The position numbers were made by a program, and so were the translations under genes. A stretch of 64,000 nt of DNA. Source: an uncultured Enterobacteriaceae bacterium. Lineage in GTDB: Bacteria; Verrucomicrobiota; Verrucomicrobiia; Opitutales; UBA953. Below, piece by piece: positions 1 through 10,430 of this stretch. Location of the stretch: the NCBI GenBank assembly GCA_964472585.1, contig CAYYLJ010000002.1, forward strand, positions 57,730 to 121,729. Reading direction: 5' to 3'. Position 1 is the stretch's first letter; every line of letters begins with the position of its first letter. The notes under the pieces were generated by a model, which worked only from the letters and a program-made list of their open reading frames with translations, made no database searches and was not told the origin of the DNA.

Positions 1-1232
1 GCACCCTGCGCTTCCGCGCCGGCTCGGAGCTCCTGCGCGGCATCCGCGGCCCGCTCCGCGTCTGGAACTCCCACGGCGACAAGGTCGCCCGCCTCCCGCG
101 CGGCTTCCGCGCCGTCGCCAGCACCGAGAACTCCGAGCACGCCGTGGTGCAGGACGCCGCCCGCCGCTTCTACGGCATCCAGTTCCACCCCGAGGTCGCC
201 CATTCGGAGCGCGGGATGGATATCCTCCGCAACTTCCTCTTCCGCATCTGCCGCTGCGAGCCCGACTGGGTGATGGGCGACTACGTCGCCACCGCCGTCC
301 GGCAGGTCCGCGAGCAGGTCGGCAAGTCCCACGTCATCCTCGGCCTCTCCGGCGGCGTCGACTCCTCCGTCGCCGCGGCCCTCATCCAGAAGGCCATCGG
401 CCGCCAGCTCACCTGCGTGTTCGTCGACAACGGCCTGCTGCGCCTCGGCGAGCGCGAGCAGGTCGAGCGCATGTTCCGCGGCCGCTTCAAGGTCGACCTC
501 CGGGTGGTCGACGCCTCCGAGCGGTTCCTCCGCCGCCTGCGCGGCGTGACCGACCCCGAGCGCAAGCGCAAGATCATCGGCCACGAGTTCATCCGCGTGT
601 TCGACGCCGAGGTGTCCAGGATCCGCCGGAAGGGCAAGGTCGAGTTCCTCGCCCAGGGCACGCTCTACCCGGACATCATCGAGTCCGTCGCCATCGACGG
701 CAACCCGGCCGCCACCATCAAGAGCCACCACAACGTGGGCGGCCTGCCCAAGCGCATGAAGCTCCGCCTGCTCGAGCCGCTGCGCGAGCTCTTCAAGGAC
801 GAGGTCCGGGCCCTCGGCGAGGCCCTCGGCCTCCCCCGCGAGATGGTCTGGCGCCACCCCTTCCCCGGCCCCGGCCTGGCGGTGCGCGTCTGCGGCGAGA
901 TCACCCGCGAGCGCCTCGAGGTCCTGCGCAAGGCGGACGACATCTTCATCTCCGAGCTCCGGAGCTCCGGCCTCTACGACAAGGTCTGGCAGGCCTTCGC
1001 CGTCTTCCTCCCCGTCCGCTCGGTCGGGGTCATGGGCGACGAGCGCACCTACGACCATGTCTGCGCCCTGCGCGCCGTGACCTCCTCCGACGCCATGACG
1101 GCCGACTGGGCCCACCTGCCGCACGACTTCCTGCGCAAGGTCTCGTCCCGCATCATCAACGAGGTCAAGGGCTTCAACCGCGTCTGCTACGACATCTCCT
1201 CGAAGCCGCCCGCGACCATCGAGTGGGAATGA
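1..1232 (+). CDS. guaA: GMP synthase (glutamine-hydrolysing), 5' end cut by the window edge
   Basis: The frame is open from base 3. The translation shows the GATase tail ([14 protein letters not shown]), the ATP-PPase P-loop SGGVDSSV and the C-terminal dimerisation motif ending PPATIEWE. Confidence 0.93.
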   Translation, partial: TLRFRAGSELLRGIRGPLRVWNSHGDKVARLPRGFRAVASTENSEHAVVQDAARRFYGIQFHPEVAHSERGMDILRNFLFRICRCEPDWVMGDYVATAVRQVREQVGKSHVILGLSGGVDSSVAAALIQKAIGRQLTCVFVDNGLLRLGEREQVERMFRGRFKVDLRVVDASERFLRRLRGVTDPERKRKIIGHEFIRVFDAEVSRIRRKGKVEFLAQGTLYPDIIESVAIDGNPAATIKSHHNVGGLPKRMKLRLLEPLRELFKDEVRALGEALGLPREMVWRHPFPGPGLAVRVCGEITRERLEVLRKADDIFISELRSSGLYDKVWQAFAVFLPVRSVGVMGDERTYDHVCALRAVTSSDAMTADWAHLPHDFLRKVSSRIINEVKGFNRVCYDISSKPPATIEWE

Positions 1233-1269
1233 TCCCGGCGGCGCCGTTGACACCCCCGCGGCCCCCCGC

Positions 1270-2784
1270 TTGACTCCCCTTCCCTTGGCCGAAGCCGCCT
1301 TCCAGGTCATCGCGCGCCGCTGGCGCCCCCGCACGTTCGGCGAGATCGTGGGGCAGCAGCACATCGTCCGCACGCTGTCCAACTCCCTGGCCTCCGGCCG
1401 CCTCGCCCACGCCTGGCTCTTCGTCGGCCCCCGCGGCACCGGCAAGACCACCACCGCCCGCATCCTCGCCAAGGCGCTCTGCTGCCCCGGCGGCCCCAAG
1501 GCGGACTTCGACCCCGACGACCCCGTCTGCCGCGAGATCGAGCAGGGCTCCTTCCTCGACGTGGTCGAGATCGACGCCGCGTCCAACCGCAAGATCGAGG
1601 ACGCGCACAAGATCCGCGAGGCCTGCCAGGTCCGCCCCGTCGGCGCGCACAAGGTGTTCATCGTCGACGAGGCGCACCAGCTGACCAAGGAGGCCTTCAA
1701 CGCCCTGCTCAAGACGATCGAGGAGCCGCCGCCCTGGGTGAAGTTCGTCTTCGCCACCACGGAGGCCGACAAGGTCCTGGAGACCATCGTCTCGCGCTGC
1801 CAGCGCCTCGAGTTCCAGCCCATCCCCGAGGAACTCATCGCCGAGCGGCTCGAGGCCATCACCAAGGCCGACGGCGTCAAGGCCGAGCGCGCCGCCCTGA
1901 TCGCCATCGCGCGCCTCGCCCAGGGCGGGATGCGCGACTCCCAGTCCATCCTCGACCAGATCATCGCCTTCTCCGGCAAGAAGGTGGCCGAGAAGGACGT
2001 CCTCGACATCTACGGCCTGGCCTCGGCCGCCCAGCTGGCGGAGCTCGCCAAGGGCGTCGCCTCGGGCGACGCGAACGCCGTCCTCGGCCTCGCCGACACC
2101 TTCGCCCGCGAGGGTCGCGACCTCCTGCGCATCCTCGGCGACCTCCAGCAGCACGTGCGCGGCGCCGTCATCGACGCCGTCCGCTCCGGCGGCCGCTCGT
2201 CCTCGCTCGGCGCGGAGCTCGGCTCCGACGCGCTGGTCCGCATCCTCGACACGCTCCAGCAGGCCGAGCCCGGCATCCGCATGGGCCTGTCGCCCCGCGC
2301 CGCCTTCGAGATCGCCCTGCTCAAGTCGCTGGAGGTGGCGCGACAACGCCCGATCGACGCCCTCATCCGCGACCTCAGCGCCGCCGCCAACGGACTCCCC
2401 CGGGAGCCCGGCCAAAAAAAAATAGGGACCCCGCCGCCGCCCGCCGCCCCGGCCCCGGCGGCGCCCGCGCCGCGTCCCGCCGCCGCCGAGCCGCCCCGCG
2501 CGGACGACGGCCCGCCCGACGAGGTCCTGGATGCCGGCGCTCCCGCCGAGCCCGAGACCGAGCCCGAGGCCTGGCCCGAGGCGCCGGCGTCGCCCGCGCC
2601 CGCCGGGCTCCCGCGCCCCGCCGCCGCGCCCCCCGCGCCCGCCGTCCGCCCCGGGCATCCCGACTTCGAGCGTGCCCTCGAGTCCATCCCCAAGGGCGTG
2701 CGCGCCAAGCTCAAGGAGACGCTCGGCGCCGAGTTCACCTCGCTGCGCCCGCCGCCGCCCGGCGGCCTGCGCCGCCCGCGCTGA
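1270..2784 (+). CDS. dnaX: DNA polymerase III subunit tau/gamma
   Basis: TTG start. N-terminus RWRPRTFGEIVGQQHI, Walker A GPRGTGKTT, DEAH box FIVDEAHQL and SRC motif VSRCQRLEF. The C-terminal tail is Pro/Ala-rich. Confidence 0.92.
   Translation: MTPLPLAEAAFQVIARRWRPRTFGEIVGQQHIVRTLSNSLASGRLAHAWLFVGPRGTGKTTTARILAKALCCPGGPKADFDPDDPVCREIEQGSFLDVVEIDAASNRKIEDAHKIREACQVRPVGAHKVFIVDEAHQLTKEAFNALLKTIEEPPPWVKFVFATTEADKVLETIVSRCQRLEFQPIPEELIAERLEAITKADGVKAERAALIAIARLAQGGMRDSQSILDQIIAFSGKKVAEKDVLDIYGLASAAQLAELAKGVASGDANAVLGLADTFAREGRDLLRILGDLQQHVRGAVIDAVRSGGRSSSLGAELGSDALVRILDTLQQAEPGIRMGLSPRAAFEIALLKSLEVARQRPIDALIRDLSAAANGLPREPGQKKIGTPPPPAAPAPAAPAPRPAAAEPPRADDGPPDEVLDAGAPAEPETEPEAWPEAPASPAPAGLPRPAAAPPAPAVRPGHPDFERALESIPKGVRAKLKETLGAEFTSLRPPPPGGLRRPR
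2414..2422 (+). other. A9 homopolymer inside dnaX; candidate slippage site for gamma subunit production
   Basis: ggc caa aaa aaa ata in frame (G381 Q382 K383 K384 I385). TAG at 2423-2425 lies in the +1 frame directly after the run. This is the only A9 tract I saw in this very GC-rich window. Confidence 0.5.
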
Positions 2785-2788
2785 CGCC

Positions 2789-3238
2789 ATGACCCGGCTC
2801 GGCCTCATCGCCGACACCCACGGCCTGCTCCGGCCGCAGGCGCTCGTCGCGCTCGGCGGGTGCGACCGCATCCTGCACGCCGGCGACATCGGCGAGGGCG
2901 ACATCCTCGAGTCGCTCGCGGGGATCGCCCCGGTCGACGCCGTGCGCGGGAACTGCGACGACCTTCCCGGGCTGCCGACGGACCGGATCCTCGATGTCGG
3001 CGGCGTCCGCATCCTCCTGCGCCACGGCCACCTTCCGGAGCCCGGCGCCCACGGCGCCGACGTCGTCGTGAGCGGGCACACCCACGTCCCGCTCGTCGCG
3101 CGGGATGGCGCGACGCTGCGGGTCAACCCCGGCTCCGCCGGCCCGCGCCGCTTCCGGTTGCCGGTCACGGTGGCCGTCCTGGAGGTCGGCGACGGCGCGC
3201 CCCGCGCCGAGATCGTCGAGCTCGACCTCGGCCCATGA
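2789..3238 (+). CDS. YfcE/MJ0936-family metallophosphoesterase
   Basis: ATG at 2789 in the frame of ORF 2531..3238. Motifs: ADTHG, HAGD, GNCD, GHTH. Confidence 0.85.
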   Translation: MTRLGLIADTHGLLRPQALVALGGCDRILHAGDIGEGDILESLAGIAPVDAVRGNCDDLPGLPTDRILDVGGVRILLRHGHLPEPGAHGADVVVSGHTHVPLVARDGATLRVNPGSAGPRRFRLPVTVAVLEVGDGAPRAEIVELDLGP

Positions 3239-5766
3239 GCTCCGGGCTCCCCATCGAGGCGCTCCGCGGCCCCCTCGCCGAGGCCTGCGCCCGCACCCGT
3301 CGGCTCATCCTGCGCGCGCCGACCGGCTCGGGCAAGTCGACCCAGGTGCCGCAGATGCTCGTCGACCTCGGTCTCGTCCGGGGCCAGGTGGTCGTCCTCC
3401 AGCCACGGCGCATCGCCGCGCGCCTCCTCGCCGCCCGCATCGCCGAGGAGCGCGGCGGGCGGCTGGGCGACGAGGTGGGCTACCAGATCCGCTTCGACCG
3501 CGTGGAGTCGGCCGCCACCCGGATCAAGTTCGTCACCGAGGCGCTCCTCCTGCGGCAGATGGCGTCCGACCCGGACCTCTCCGGCGTCGGCGCGGTCGTC
3601 TTCGACGAGTTCCACGAGCGGAACCTGCACGCCGACGTCGCCCTCGCGCTCGCGCGCCGCCTCCAGGAGACGCGCCGCCCGGACCTCCTCCTCGTCGCCA
3701 TGTCGGCGACCCTGGACACCGAGGCGCTCGGCGCCTGGCTGCAGGGAGCGGAGACGCTCGCCGCCGACGGGCGGACCTACCCGGTGGACATCGAGCACGC
3801 GCCCCAGCCCCGCGACCCGCGACGCGGGCCGTGGGACGGCGCCGCGGAGGAGGTCCGCCGCCTGCTCCGCGAGGAGCCGGCGGGCGACATCCTCGTCTTC
3901 ATGCCCGGGGCCTTCGAGATCTCGCGCACCCTCGGCCTGCTCGCCGCCGCGCCGGAGTGCCGCGGCGCCGACCTCCTCCCCCTGCACGGCGAGCTGCCGC
4001 CCGAGGAGCAGGACCGCGCCGTGCGGCCCGGCGAGCGCCGCAAGGTCGTCGTCGCCACGAACGTCGCCGAGACCTCGCTCACCCTGCCCGGCATCCGCGC
4101 GGTGGTCGACGCGGGCCTGGCGCGCGTCGCGCGCTTCGACCCCGTCCGCGGCATCGACACGCTCCTGACCGAGCCCGTCAGCCGCGCCTCCGCCGAGCAG
4201 CGGGCCGGCCGGGCCGGCCGCACCGGTCCTGGCCGCTGCGTGCGCCTCTGGTCCAAGGCCGACCACGACGCGCGGCCCGCCCGGCAGGCCGCGGAGATCC
4301 GCCGGGTCGACCTCTGCGAGACCGTCCTGCTGCTGCGCGCCGGCGGCTGGGGCGACCCCGCGGCCTTCCCCTGGTTCGAGCCGCCCGAGCCGCGCGCGCT
4401 CGCCCGCGCCGAGGCCACCTTGGCGGACCTCGGCGCCCTCGGGCCCGTCGGCGAGCTCACGCCGCTCGGCCGCCGCATGGCCGCCTTCCCCGCGCATCCC
4501 CGGCACGCGCGCATGCTGCTCGCGGCCGGCGAGCTCGGCTGCGTCGCCGAGATCGCCCGCGTCGCCGGGCTCGCCCAGGGGCGCGACATCCTCCTGCGCG
4601 GCGTCGACGCCGCCACCGAGCGCGAGCGCGACGCGGTCGGCGCCGCGCCCGGCTCCGACTTCCTCCTGCGGCTCGCGCTGCTCGACCGCGCCGCCGCCCT
4701 GCGCTTCGACACCGACGCCTGCGACCGCCTCGGCGTCCATGCCCAGGGCGCCCTCCAGGCCCATCGCGCCGCGCAGCAGTTCCTCCGGCTGGCCAAGGGG
4801 CAGGGCCTGCCGGTCGCGGACACGCCCGCCCCGCCCGAGGCCGTCCGCCGCTGCATCCTGCTCGGGCTCGGCGACCGCATCGCGGTCCGGCTCGACCACG
4901 GGACCCTGCGCTGCGCCGTCGTGCACGGCCGGCGCGGCGAGCTCCGGCGCGAGACCGCCGTCCGCGACGCCCGCCTGCTCGTCGCGGCCGAGATGGAGGA
5001 GGTCTCGGTGCGCGGCGAGGTCACGACCCTGCTCTCGCTCGCCACCGAGGTCGAGGAGGCGTGGCTGCGCGAGCTCTTCCCGGGCGACTTCTCCGAGGTC
5101 GCCGCGGCGCGCTACGACCCCGCCCAGCGCCGCGTCGTCACGCGCCTCGAGCGCCGGTTCCGCGACCTCGTCCTGGAGTCCCGCGAGCGCGACGACGCCC
5201 CGTCCGACGCCGCCAGCCGCCTGCTGGCCGACGAGGTGCTCGCCGGGCGGCTCGAGCTGGAGCGCTGGGACGCCGCGGTCGACGCCTGGATCCGCCGCGC
5301 GAACTTCCTCTCCCGCCACGCGCCCGAGCTCGGCATCCCGCCCTTCGACGCCGAGGCCCGCCGGATGGTCGTCGAGGAGCTCTGCGCCGGCGCCACGGCC
5401 TACCGCGACATCCGCGACCGCCCCGTCATGCCCGCCGTGCGGGGCTGGCTGACCCACGAGCAGGCGCTCGCCCTCGAGGACCTCTGCCCCGAGCGCATCG
5501 ACCTGCCGCGCAAGAAGCACCCGGCCCGCATCGAGTACACCGACGACGGCGAGGCGGTGATCGAGGCCACCGTCCAGGAGCTCTACGACTGCCCGGGCTC
5601 CCGGCTGCGCGTCTGCCGCGGCAAGGTGCCCCTGGTCGTCTGCATCCAGTCCCCCGCGCGCCGCACGCAGCAGCGCACCACCGACCTGGACGCCTTCTGG
5701 AAGGGCTCCTACGAGCTCGTGAAGAAGGAGCTGCGGGGCCGCTACCCGAGGCACGAATGGCGATGA
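3235..5766 (+). CDS. hrpB: ATP-dependent RNA helicase HrpB (DEAH box)
   Basis: The ATG overlaps the upstream TGA (ATGA). Motifs: [18 protein letters not shown] and TNVAETSLT, with a long HrpB-type C-terminal domain. About 843 aa. Confidence 0.9.
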   Translation: MSSGLPIEALRGPLAEACARTRRLILRAPTGSGKSTQVPQMLVDLGLVRGQVVVLQPRRIAARLLAARIAEERGGRLGDEVGYQIRFDRVESAATRIKFVTEALLLRQMASDPDLSGVGAVVFDEFHERNLHADVALALARRLQETRRPDLLLVAMSATLDTEALGAWLQGAETLAADGRTYPVDIEHAPQPRDPRRGPWDGAAEEVRRLLREEPAGDILVFMPGAFEISRTLGLLAAAPECRGADLLPLHGELPPEEQDRAVRPGERRKVVVATNVAETSLTLPGIRAVVDAGLARVARFDPVRGIDTLLTEPVSRASAEQRAGRAGRTGPGRCVRLWSKADHDARPARQAAEIRRVDLCETVLLLRAGGWGDPAAFPWFEPPEPRALARAEATLADLGALGPVGELTPLGRRMAAFPAHPRHARMLLAAGELGCVAEIARVAGLAQGRDILLRGVDAATERERDAVGAAPGSDFLLRLALLDRAAALRFDTDACDRLGVHAQGALQAHRAAQQFLRLAKGQGLPVADTPAPPEAVRRCILLGLGDRIAVRLDHGTLRCAVVHGRRGELRRETAVRDARLLVAAEMEEVSVRGEVTTLLSLATEVEEAWLRELFPGDFSEVAAARYDPAQRRVVTRLERRFRDLVLESRERDDAPSDAASRLLADEVLAGRLELERWDAAVDAWIRRANFLSRHAPELGIPPFDAEARRMVVEELCAGATAYRDIRDRPVMPAVRGWLTHEQALALEDLCPERIDLPRKKHPARIEYTDDGEAVIEATVQELYDCPGSRLRVCRGKVPLVVCIQSPARRTQQRTTDLDAFWKGSYELVKKELRGRYPRHEWR

Positions 5767-6431
5767 GCCCGCTCGACCCGCGCCGGCCCTGGGCCGACAT
5801 CCCCCTGCACGTCGTCGACTTCGAGGGCAGCCGCCGGACGGGCGTGGTCGAGTACGGCGTCGCGACCCTGCTGGGCGGCCGCCTGGTGGGCCTGCGCACC
5901 GCCCTCTGCGCGCCGAGCTCGCCCGTGCCCGGCGCCGAGACGCGCTGCCACGGGCTCACCGACCGCGACCTCGAGGGGCGCCGGCCCTTCTCGGCCGAGT
6001 GGCCCCTCTTCAACGAGCTGCGCGGCTCCGGCCTCCTCGCCTCGCACCAGGCCTCCGTCGAGGCCTCCCTGCTCGCGGCGACCTGGCCCCATCCCGCCGC
6101 CGTCCCGGCCGTGTCCGAGACCGAGGTGGCGGAGGCGCAGTGGGGCCCCTGGGTCGACTCCCTGGCGCTCGCCCGCGCCCGCCTGCCCGGCCTGCCCGGC
6201 CATTCCCTCGGGGAGGTCGTCGCCGCCCTCGGCCTCGCCGGCGAGCTCGCCGCGGCGGCGGACGCGCTCTGCCCGGAGGGCCGCCGCCGCCCCCACTGCG
6301 CCGGCTTCGACGCGCTCGCGGCCGCGCTGGCGGTCCTGCGGCTCGCCCCGCCGCGGGGCCGGATCGCCGACCTCCTCGCCATGGGTTCCCCGGGAGGGAG
6401 CGACGCCGCCCAGGGCGAGCTCCCGCTCTGA
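5757..6431 (+). CDS. DEDD-family 3'-5' exonuclease (DnaQ/epsilon-like domain)
   Basis: Exo I VVDFEGS, Exo II-like [11 protein letters not shown] and Exo [14 protein letters not shown]. The start overlaps the hrpB 3' end by 10 nt. Confidence 0.7.
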   Translation: MAMSPLDPRRPWADIPLHVVDFEGSRRTGVVEYGVATLLGGRLVGLRTALCAPSSPVPGAETRCHGLTDRDLEGRRPFSAEWPLFNELRGSGLLASHQASVEASLLAATWPHPAAVPAVSETEVAEAQWGPWVDSLALARARLPGLPGHSLGEVVAALGLAGELAAAADALCPEGRRRPHCAGFDALAAALAVLRLAPPRGRIADLLAMGSPGGSDAAQGELPL

Positions 6432-6481
6432 CCGTTTTGCGCTTCCCCTGCGCGGGGCGGAGGCGTTTGGATGTCCGTCCC

Positions 6482-7480
6482 ATGTCCTCCCGCGCTCCCA
6501 TCCGAGTGGCCGTCACCGGCGCCGCCGGCAACATCGGCTACGCCGCCATCTTCCGCCTCGCCTCCGGCGCCGTCTTCGGCCCCGACCAGCCCGTCGCGCT
6601 CAACCTCATCGAGGTCGGGCCCGGCCTCGACGCCCTCGCCGGCGTCAAGATGGAGCTCGAGGACGCCGCGTTCCCGCTGCTCGCGGACGTCGTGACGACG
6701 GGCGACCTCGACGCCGGGTTCAGGGACGCCGACTGGTGCCTCCTCATCGGCGCCGTGCCCCGCAAGGCCGGCATGGAGCGCAAGGACCTGCTCGGCATCA
6801 ACGGCAAGATCTTCGTCGGGCAGGGCCAGGCCATCGCCCGCGCCGCCAAGCCGACCGCCCGCGTCCTCGTCGTCGGCAACCCCTGCAACACCAACGCGCT
6901 CATCGCGCTCCGCGCCGGCGGCCTCGGCGCCGACCGCGTCTTCGCCATGACCCGCCTCGACGAGAACCGCGCCAAGGCCATGCTCGCCGCCAAGGCCGGC
7001 GTCCATGTCTCGGCCGTGCGCAACGTCGCCATCTGGGGCAACCACTCCGCCACCCAGTTCCCCGACTTCGCCAACGCGACCGTCGCCGGGAAGCCCGCCA
7101 CCTCGGCCATCGCCGACCACGCCTGGCTGCGCGAGACCTTCATTCCCGCCGTCCAGCAGCGCGGCGCGGCCGTGATCAAGGCCCGCGGCGCCTCCTCCGC
7201 GGCGTCGGCCGCCAACGCCGCGCTCGACACGGTGCGCAGCCTCCACTTCCCGACCCCCGCCGGCGACTGGCACTCCGTCGCCGTCCTCTCCGACGGCTCC
7301 TACGGCGTGGCCAAGGGCGTCCTCTTCGGCTTCCCCATCCGCACCAAGGCCGACGGCTCCTGGGAGATCGTCCATGGCCTGGCGGTCGACGCCTTCGCCC
7401 GCGAGAAGATCGCCCTCACCGAGAAGGAGCTCCTCGAGGAGCGCGCGACCGCCTCGGAGGCGCTGGGCCTCGCGCTCTGA
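6482..7480 (+). CDS. mdh: Malate dehydrogenase
   Basis: N-terminus [14 protein letters not shown], plus [10 protein letters not shown] and IWGNHS motifs. About 332 aa. Confidence 0.93.
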   Translation: MSSRAPIRVAVTGAAGNIGYAAIFRLASGAVFGPDQPVALNLIEVGPGLDALAGVKMELEDAAFPLLADVVTTGDLDAGFRDADWCLLIGAVPRKAGMERKDLLGINGKIFVGQGQAIARAAKPTARVLVVGNPCNTNALIALRAGGLGADRVFAMTRLDENRAKAMLAAKAGVHVSAVRNVAIWGNHSATQFPDFANATVAGKPATSAIADHAWLRETFIPAVQQRGAAVIKARGASSAASAANAALDTVRSLHFPTPAGDWHSVAVLSDGSYGVAKGVLFGFPIRTKADGSWEIVHGLAVDAFAREKIALTEKELLEERATASEALGLAL

Positions 7481-7481
7481 C

Positions 7482-7958
7482 GTGGCGCACGCCGACGCCG
7501 CCGCGGGCGACGCGGCCGACCTCCCCCGCGACCTCGCCGCGCTGCTCGCCGGCGAGCCGTCGCTCGTCGCCAACTGCGCCAACGCCGCCTCGCTCCTCTG
7601 GCATCGCCTGCCTGGGCTGAACTGGGCCGGCTTCTACCTGCTGCGCGGCGACACCCTCGTCCTCGGGCCCTTCCAGGGCCGCCCCGCCTGCACGCGCATC
7701 GGCCCGGGCCGCGGCGTCTGCGGCGCCGCGGTCGCCCGCCGCGCCACGGTCAACGTCCCGGATGTCGCGGCCTTTCCCGGGCATATCGCCTGCGACGCGG
7801 CCTCGAGGAGCGAGCTCGTCGTCCCGCTGCTGCGCGGCGAGCGGCTCCTGGGCGTCCTCGACCTCGACAGCCCGCTTCCCGCGCGCTTCGACGCCGCGAC
7901 CGTCGCCCTGGCCGAGGCGGTCGCCCGCCAGGTCGCCGAGGCCTCGTCCGAGGCCTGA
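7482..7958 (+). CDS. msrC: GAF-domain free methionine-(R)-sulfoxide reductase-like protein
   Basis: GTG start 1 nt after the mdh stop. Motifs: NWAGFYL, GRGVCGAA, FPGHIACD, SELVVPL. Confidence 0.75.
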   Translation: MAHADAAAGDAADLPRDLAALLAGEPSLVANCANAASLLWHRLPGLNWAGFYLLRGDTLVLGPFQGRPACTRIGPGRGVCGAAVARRATVNVPDVAAFPGHIACDAASRSELVVPLLRGERLLGVLDLDSPLPARFDAATVALAEAVARQVAEASSEA

Positions 7959-7989
7959 GCGGGACGCTGACCCGCCGCGCCGCGGCCGG

Positions 7990-8991
7990 CTAGCGGTCGC
8001 CGAGGCGGACGAGCGTGACCTCCGCGGGCCGGGCCGGGCCCAGCGAGGCGCCGCCCTCCGCCGCCGCCTGGAACAGCGCGGGCTCGGGCGCCGTGGCCGG
8101 CTCGCCGCGCGCCGCGCGGATGCGCAGCCAGCCGAGATGGTCGAGGATGAGGGGGTTGGCGCTCGCGTACAGGCGCGGCTCCGACCGCATCCAGCCGGCG
8201 TCGAAGGCGGGCCCGCCCCGCACCTGATAGCGCTCCAGCGACAACAGGGTGAGCGCGCGCCGGTTGTCGAGCGCCGGCCAGGCCGCCATGCTGACCGCGG
8301 CCACCGCGGCGTTGCGCGGGTTGCCGGCGAAGCGCGCGGTGTTCGTCGCGTTGCCGAGCGAGGCGTCGGCGACCGCGCCGTGGACGCCGAGCTCCGGCGA
8401 GTCGGTCAGCACCGGCAGGTGCACCCAGAAGTCGACCTCCTCGCCGAGGGGGCGCGGCAGCAGGCTCGTGCGCGGGTCGTTCCATTCGGGCAATCCCGAG
8501 CCCGGGGGCGGCGGGACGGGGTTGGCGAAGCCCCACGCGGCCTCGCTCGCCCAGGTCCGCGCCTCGCGGTCCCAGGCGCGCACGGGGAGATCGCCGAAGC
8601 GCGCCGGCTCCCGCGGGTTGGAAGGCAGGAATCCCGCGCGGCGAAGGCCGGCGGACTCGGCGTCGCAGACGACGACGGCGCCCTCGGCGAAGCCCCGGCG
8701 ACGCAGCGCCTCGGCCACGGCGCGGACGAGCGGCTTCGGGGTGGAGAGCCCGGGCCCGGGAAGGGTGGCGACCTTGATCGCCACCTTGCCGCGCGGTCCC
8801 GGCGCCAGGCGCGTCGCCGTGCGCGACTCGAAGGCGGCGAGGACCGCCTCGGCCGCGCGCCCATAGCCGGTGTCGCCAAAATCCTCGAGCGGGTGCTCGA
8901 GCACCAGGCGCCTCGGGTCCTCCGCGGCGCCGCCGGCCGGCGATTGGGCGATGAGGGCGAGCGCGATCGCCAGTAGCCAGTTGCGTCCCAT
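7990..8991 (-). CDS. Secreted hypothetical protein, possibly DUF362-like
   Basis: 333-aa ORF with an N-terminal signal peptide (MGRNWLLAIALALIAQSPAGG) and host-like GC3. GKVAIKV and VVVCD segments weakly recall DUF362. Confidence 0.55.
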   Translation of the reverse strand: MGRNWLLAIALALIAQSPAGGAAEDPRRLVLEHPLEDFGDTGYGRAAEAVLAAFESRTATRLAPGPRGKVAIKVATLPGPGLSTPKPLVRAVAEALRRRGFAEGAVVVCDAESAGLRRAGFLPSNPREPARFGDLPVRAWDREARTWASEAAWGFANPVPPPPGSGLPEWNDPRTSLLPRPLGEEVDFWVHLPVLTDSPELGVHGAVADASLGNATNTARFAGNPRNAAVAAVSMAAWPALDNRRALTLLSLERYQVRGGPAFDAGWMRSEPRLYASANPLILDHLGWLRIRAARGEPATAPEPALFQAAAEGGASLGPARPAEVTLVRLGDR

Positions 8992-9077
8992 GCGCCCATC
9001 CTAGCCCTTGGCCGCCGCTCGGCAAGCGGTCGCTCTTTGGGGTTTGCCCCCCTTCCCGCCGCCCCCACCTTGCCGGA

Positions 9078-10430
9078 ATGGCGGATGCTCCCACCCTCCG
9101 GCGCCGCGCGCTCGGCCTGATCTTTCTCACGGTGTTCATGGACATCGTCGGGTTCGCCGTGATCATCCCGATGTACCCGGCCCTCCTCGGGCATTATCTG
9201 GCCAGCGAGGGCGGTCCCGGGACGATCATGGGCGGGCTGGTCGACGCGGCGCGCTGGCTGGCGGGCGGCGAGCCCCGTCCGGAGCTGGTCGCCGTGCTGC
9301 TCGGCGGCGTCCTCAGCGCCGCCTTCTCGCTCCTGCAGTTCCTTTTCTCCCCCATCTGGGGCGGGCTGTCCGACCGGGTGGGCCGGCGTCCGGTGCTCGT
9401 CGCCACCCTCGCCGGCAACGTCCTTGCCTACCTGCTCTGGGTCGTGTCCGGTCACTTCTGGATCTTCGTGCTTTCCCGGGCCCTCTGCGGCCTGTTCGCC
9501 GGCAACATCGCCGTGGCCTCGGCGGCCGCGGCCGACATCACCCCGCGCGAGGAGCGCGCCAAGGGCATGGCCGTGGTCGGCGTCGCCATCGGCCTGGGCT
9601 TCCTCTTCGGGCCGGTCATCGGCGGCCTGGCCTCCGTCTGGGTCCTTCCGCACGATCCCGACCCGACGACCGCGCTCGCCCTCCACCCCTTCTCCGGCGC
9701 CGCCCTGGTCTCGGCCTTCCTCGCCGTGGCCAACCTCGCGCTGGTGTGGCGCCTCTTCCCCGAGACGCTCGGCGCGGCCGACCGGAGCGCCGACGGCCGC
9801 TCGGGCTTCCTCGGTCTCCTGCGCGCCCCCGCCGGGGGCGTCCGGCGCGCCTCCTTCGCCAACCTCGCCTACCAGGTGGCCTTCACCGGCATGGAGACGA
9901 CCGTGGTGTTCCTCACGGCCGCCCTGTTCCTCTATGCGCCGCGCGACAACGCCTGGCTCTTCCTCTCCAACGGCCTGTGCCTCGTCGCCGCCCAGGGCCT
10001 CGCCGGCCGCTTCGCCGTCCGGCGTTTCGGCGAGCGCGCGGTCGCCACGCTCGGCTTCGTCACCGGCGCGGTCGCCCTCGCCGCCATCGCGTTAATCCCG
10101 TACCCGCCGCCCGGCGCTCCCGCGCAGGCGGGCCTCGTGCCGCTGTTCTTCGCCGCCACCGGCCTGCTCGCCTTCTCCACCGGCCTCATCCTGCCCAGCC
10201 TCTCCTCGCTGGTCTCCCTTTACTCCCCGCCCGACGAGCAGGGCCGCAACCTCGGGATCCTTCGCTCCGCCGGCGCCCTCGCCCGCATCGTCGGCCCCGT
10301 CGCCGCGGCCTACGTGTTCTTCCACACCGGCACGCACCAGTGGGTCTACGCGGCCGGGGCCCTTCTCCTGTTGCCCGGGCTCTGGCTCGTCCGCACCCTT
10401 CCGGAGCCCTCAGCCGACGGCCAGCGCTGA
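9078..10430 (+). CDS. MFS transporter
   Basis: 450 aa with about 12 hydrophobic segments. MFS signature GGLSDRVGRRPVL sits between TM2 and TM3. Confidence 0.85.
   Translation: MADAPTLRRRALGLIFLTVFMDIVGFAVIIPMYPALLGHYLASEGGPGTIMGGLVDAARWLAGGEPRPELVAVLLGGVLSAAFSLLQFLFSPIWGGLSDRVGRRPVLVATLAGNVLAYLLWVVSGHFWIFVLSRALCGLFAGNIAVASAAAADITPREERAKGMAVVGVAIGLGFLFGPVIGGLASVWVLPHDPDPTTALALHPFSGAALVSAFLAVANLALVWRLFPETLGAADRSADGRSGFLGLLRAPAGGVRRASFANLAYQVAFTGMETTVVFLTAALFLYAPRDNAWLFLSNGLCLVAAQGLAGRFAVRRFGERAVATLGFVTGAVALAAIALIPYPPPGAPAQAGLVPLFFAATGLLAFSTGLILPSLSSLVSLYSPPDEQGRNLGILRSAGALARIVGPVAAAYVFFHTGTHQWVYAAGALLLLPGLWLVRTLPEPSADGQR

Noticed and set aside
2531-2788. N-terminal extension of the phosphoesterase ORF (start at 2531), and similar upstream extensions of hrpB (2860), mdh (5999), glnN (13058), smc (15900) and tuf (21669).
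   Set aside because: The extensions overlap the preceding genes or a tRNA, and they translate to Pro/Arg-rich junk. In each case the conserved N-terminus of the protein family begins at the internal ATG that I used.
2414-2792. Classical -1 ribosomal frameshift on A AAA AAA in dnaX, as in E. coli.
   Set aside because: I read the -1 frame by hand. It stays open for 123 codons, to TGA at 2790-2792, so a -1 shift would not give a truncated gamma. The stop adjacent to the run is in the +1 frame, which favours slippage that changes the A count.
1174-5754. Very long antisense or alternate-frame ORFs (1174..5754 -, 15603..19721 -, 25843..30258 -, 30102..34526 -, 3105..6431 +, 5426..7582 -, 44669..46990 -, 58042..60048 + and many shorter ones).
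   Set aside because: They run opposite to, or out of frame with, genes that have unmistakable conserved motifs. Their translations are Arg/Gly/Ala/Pro-rich low-complexity strings, as expected from stop-codon scarcity in very GC-rich DNA.
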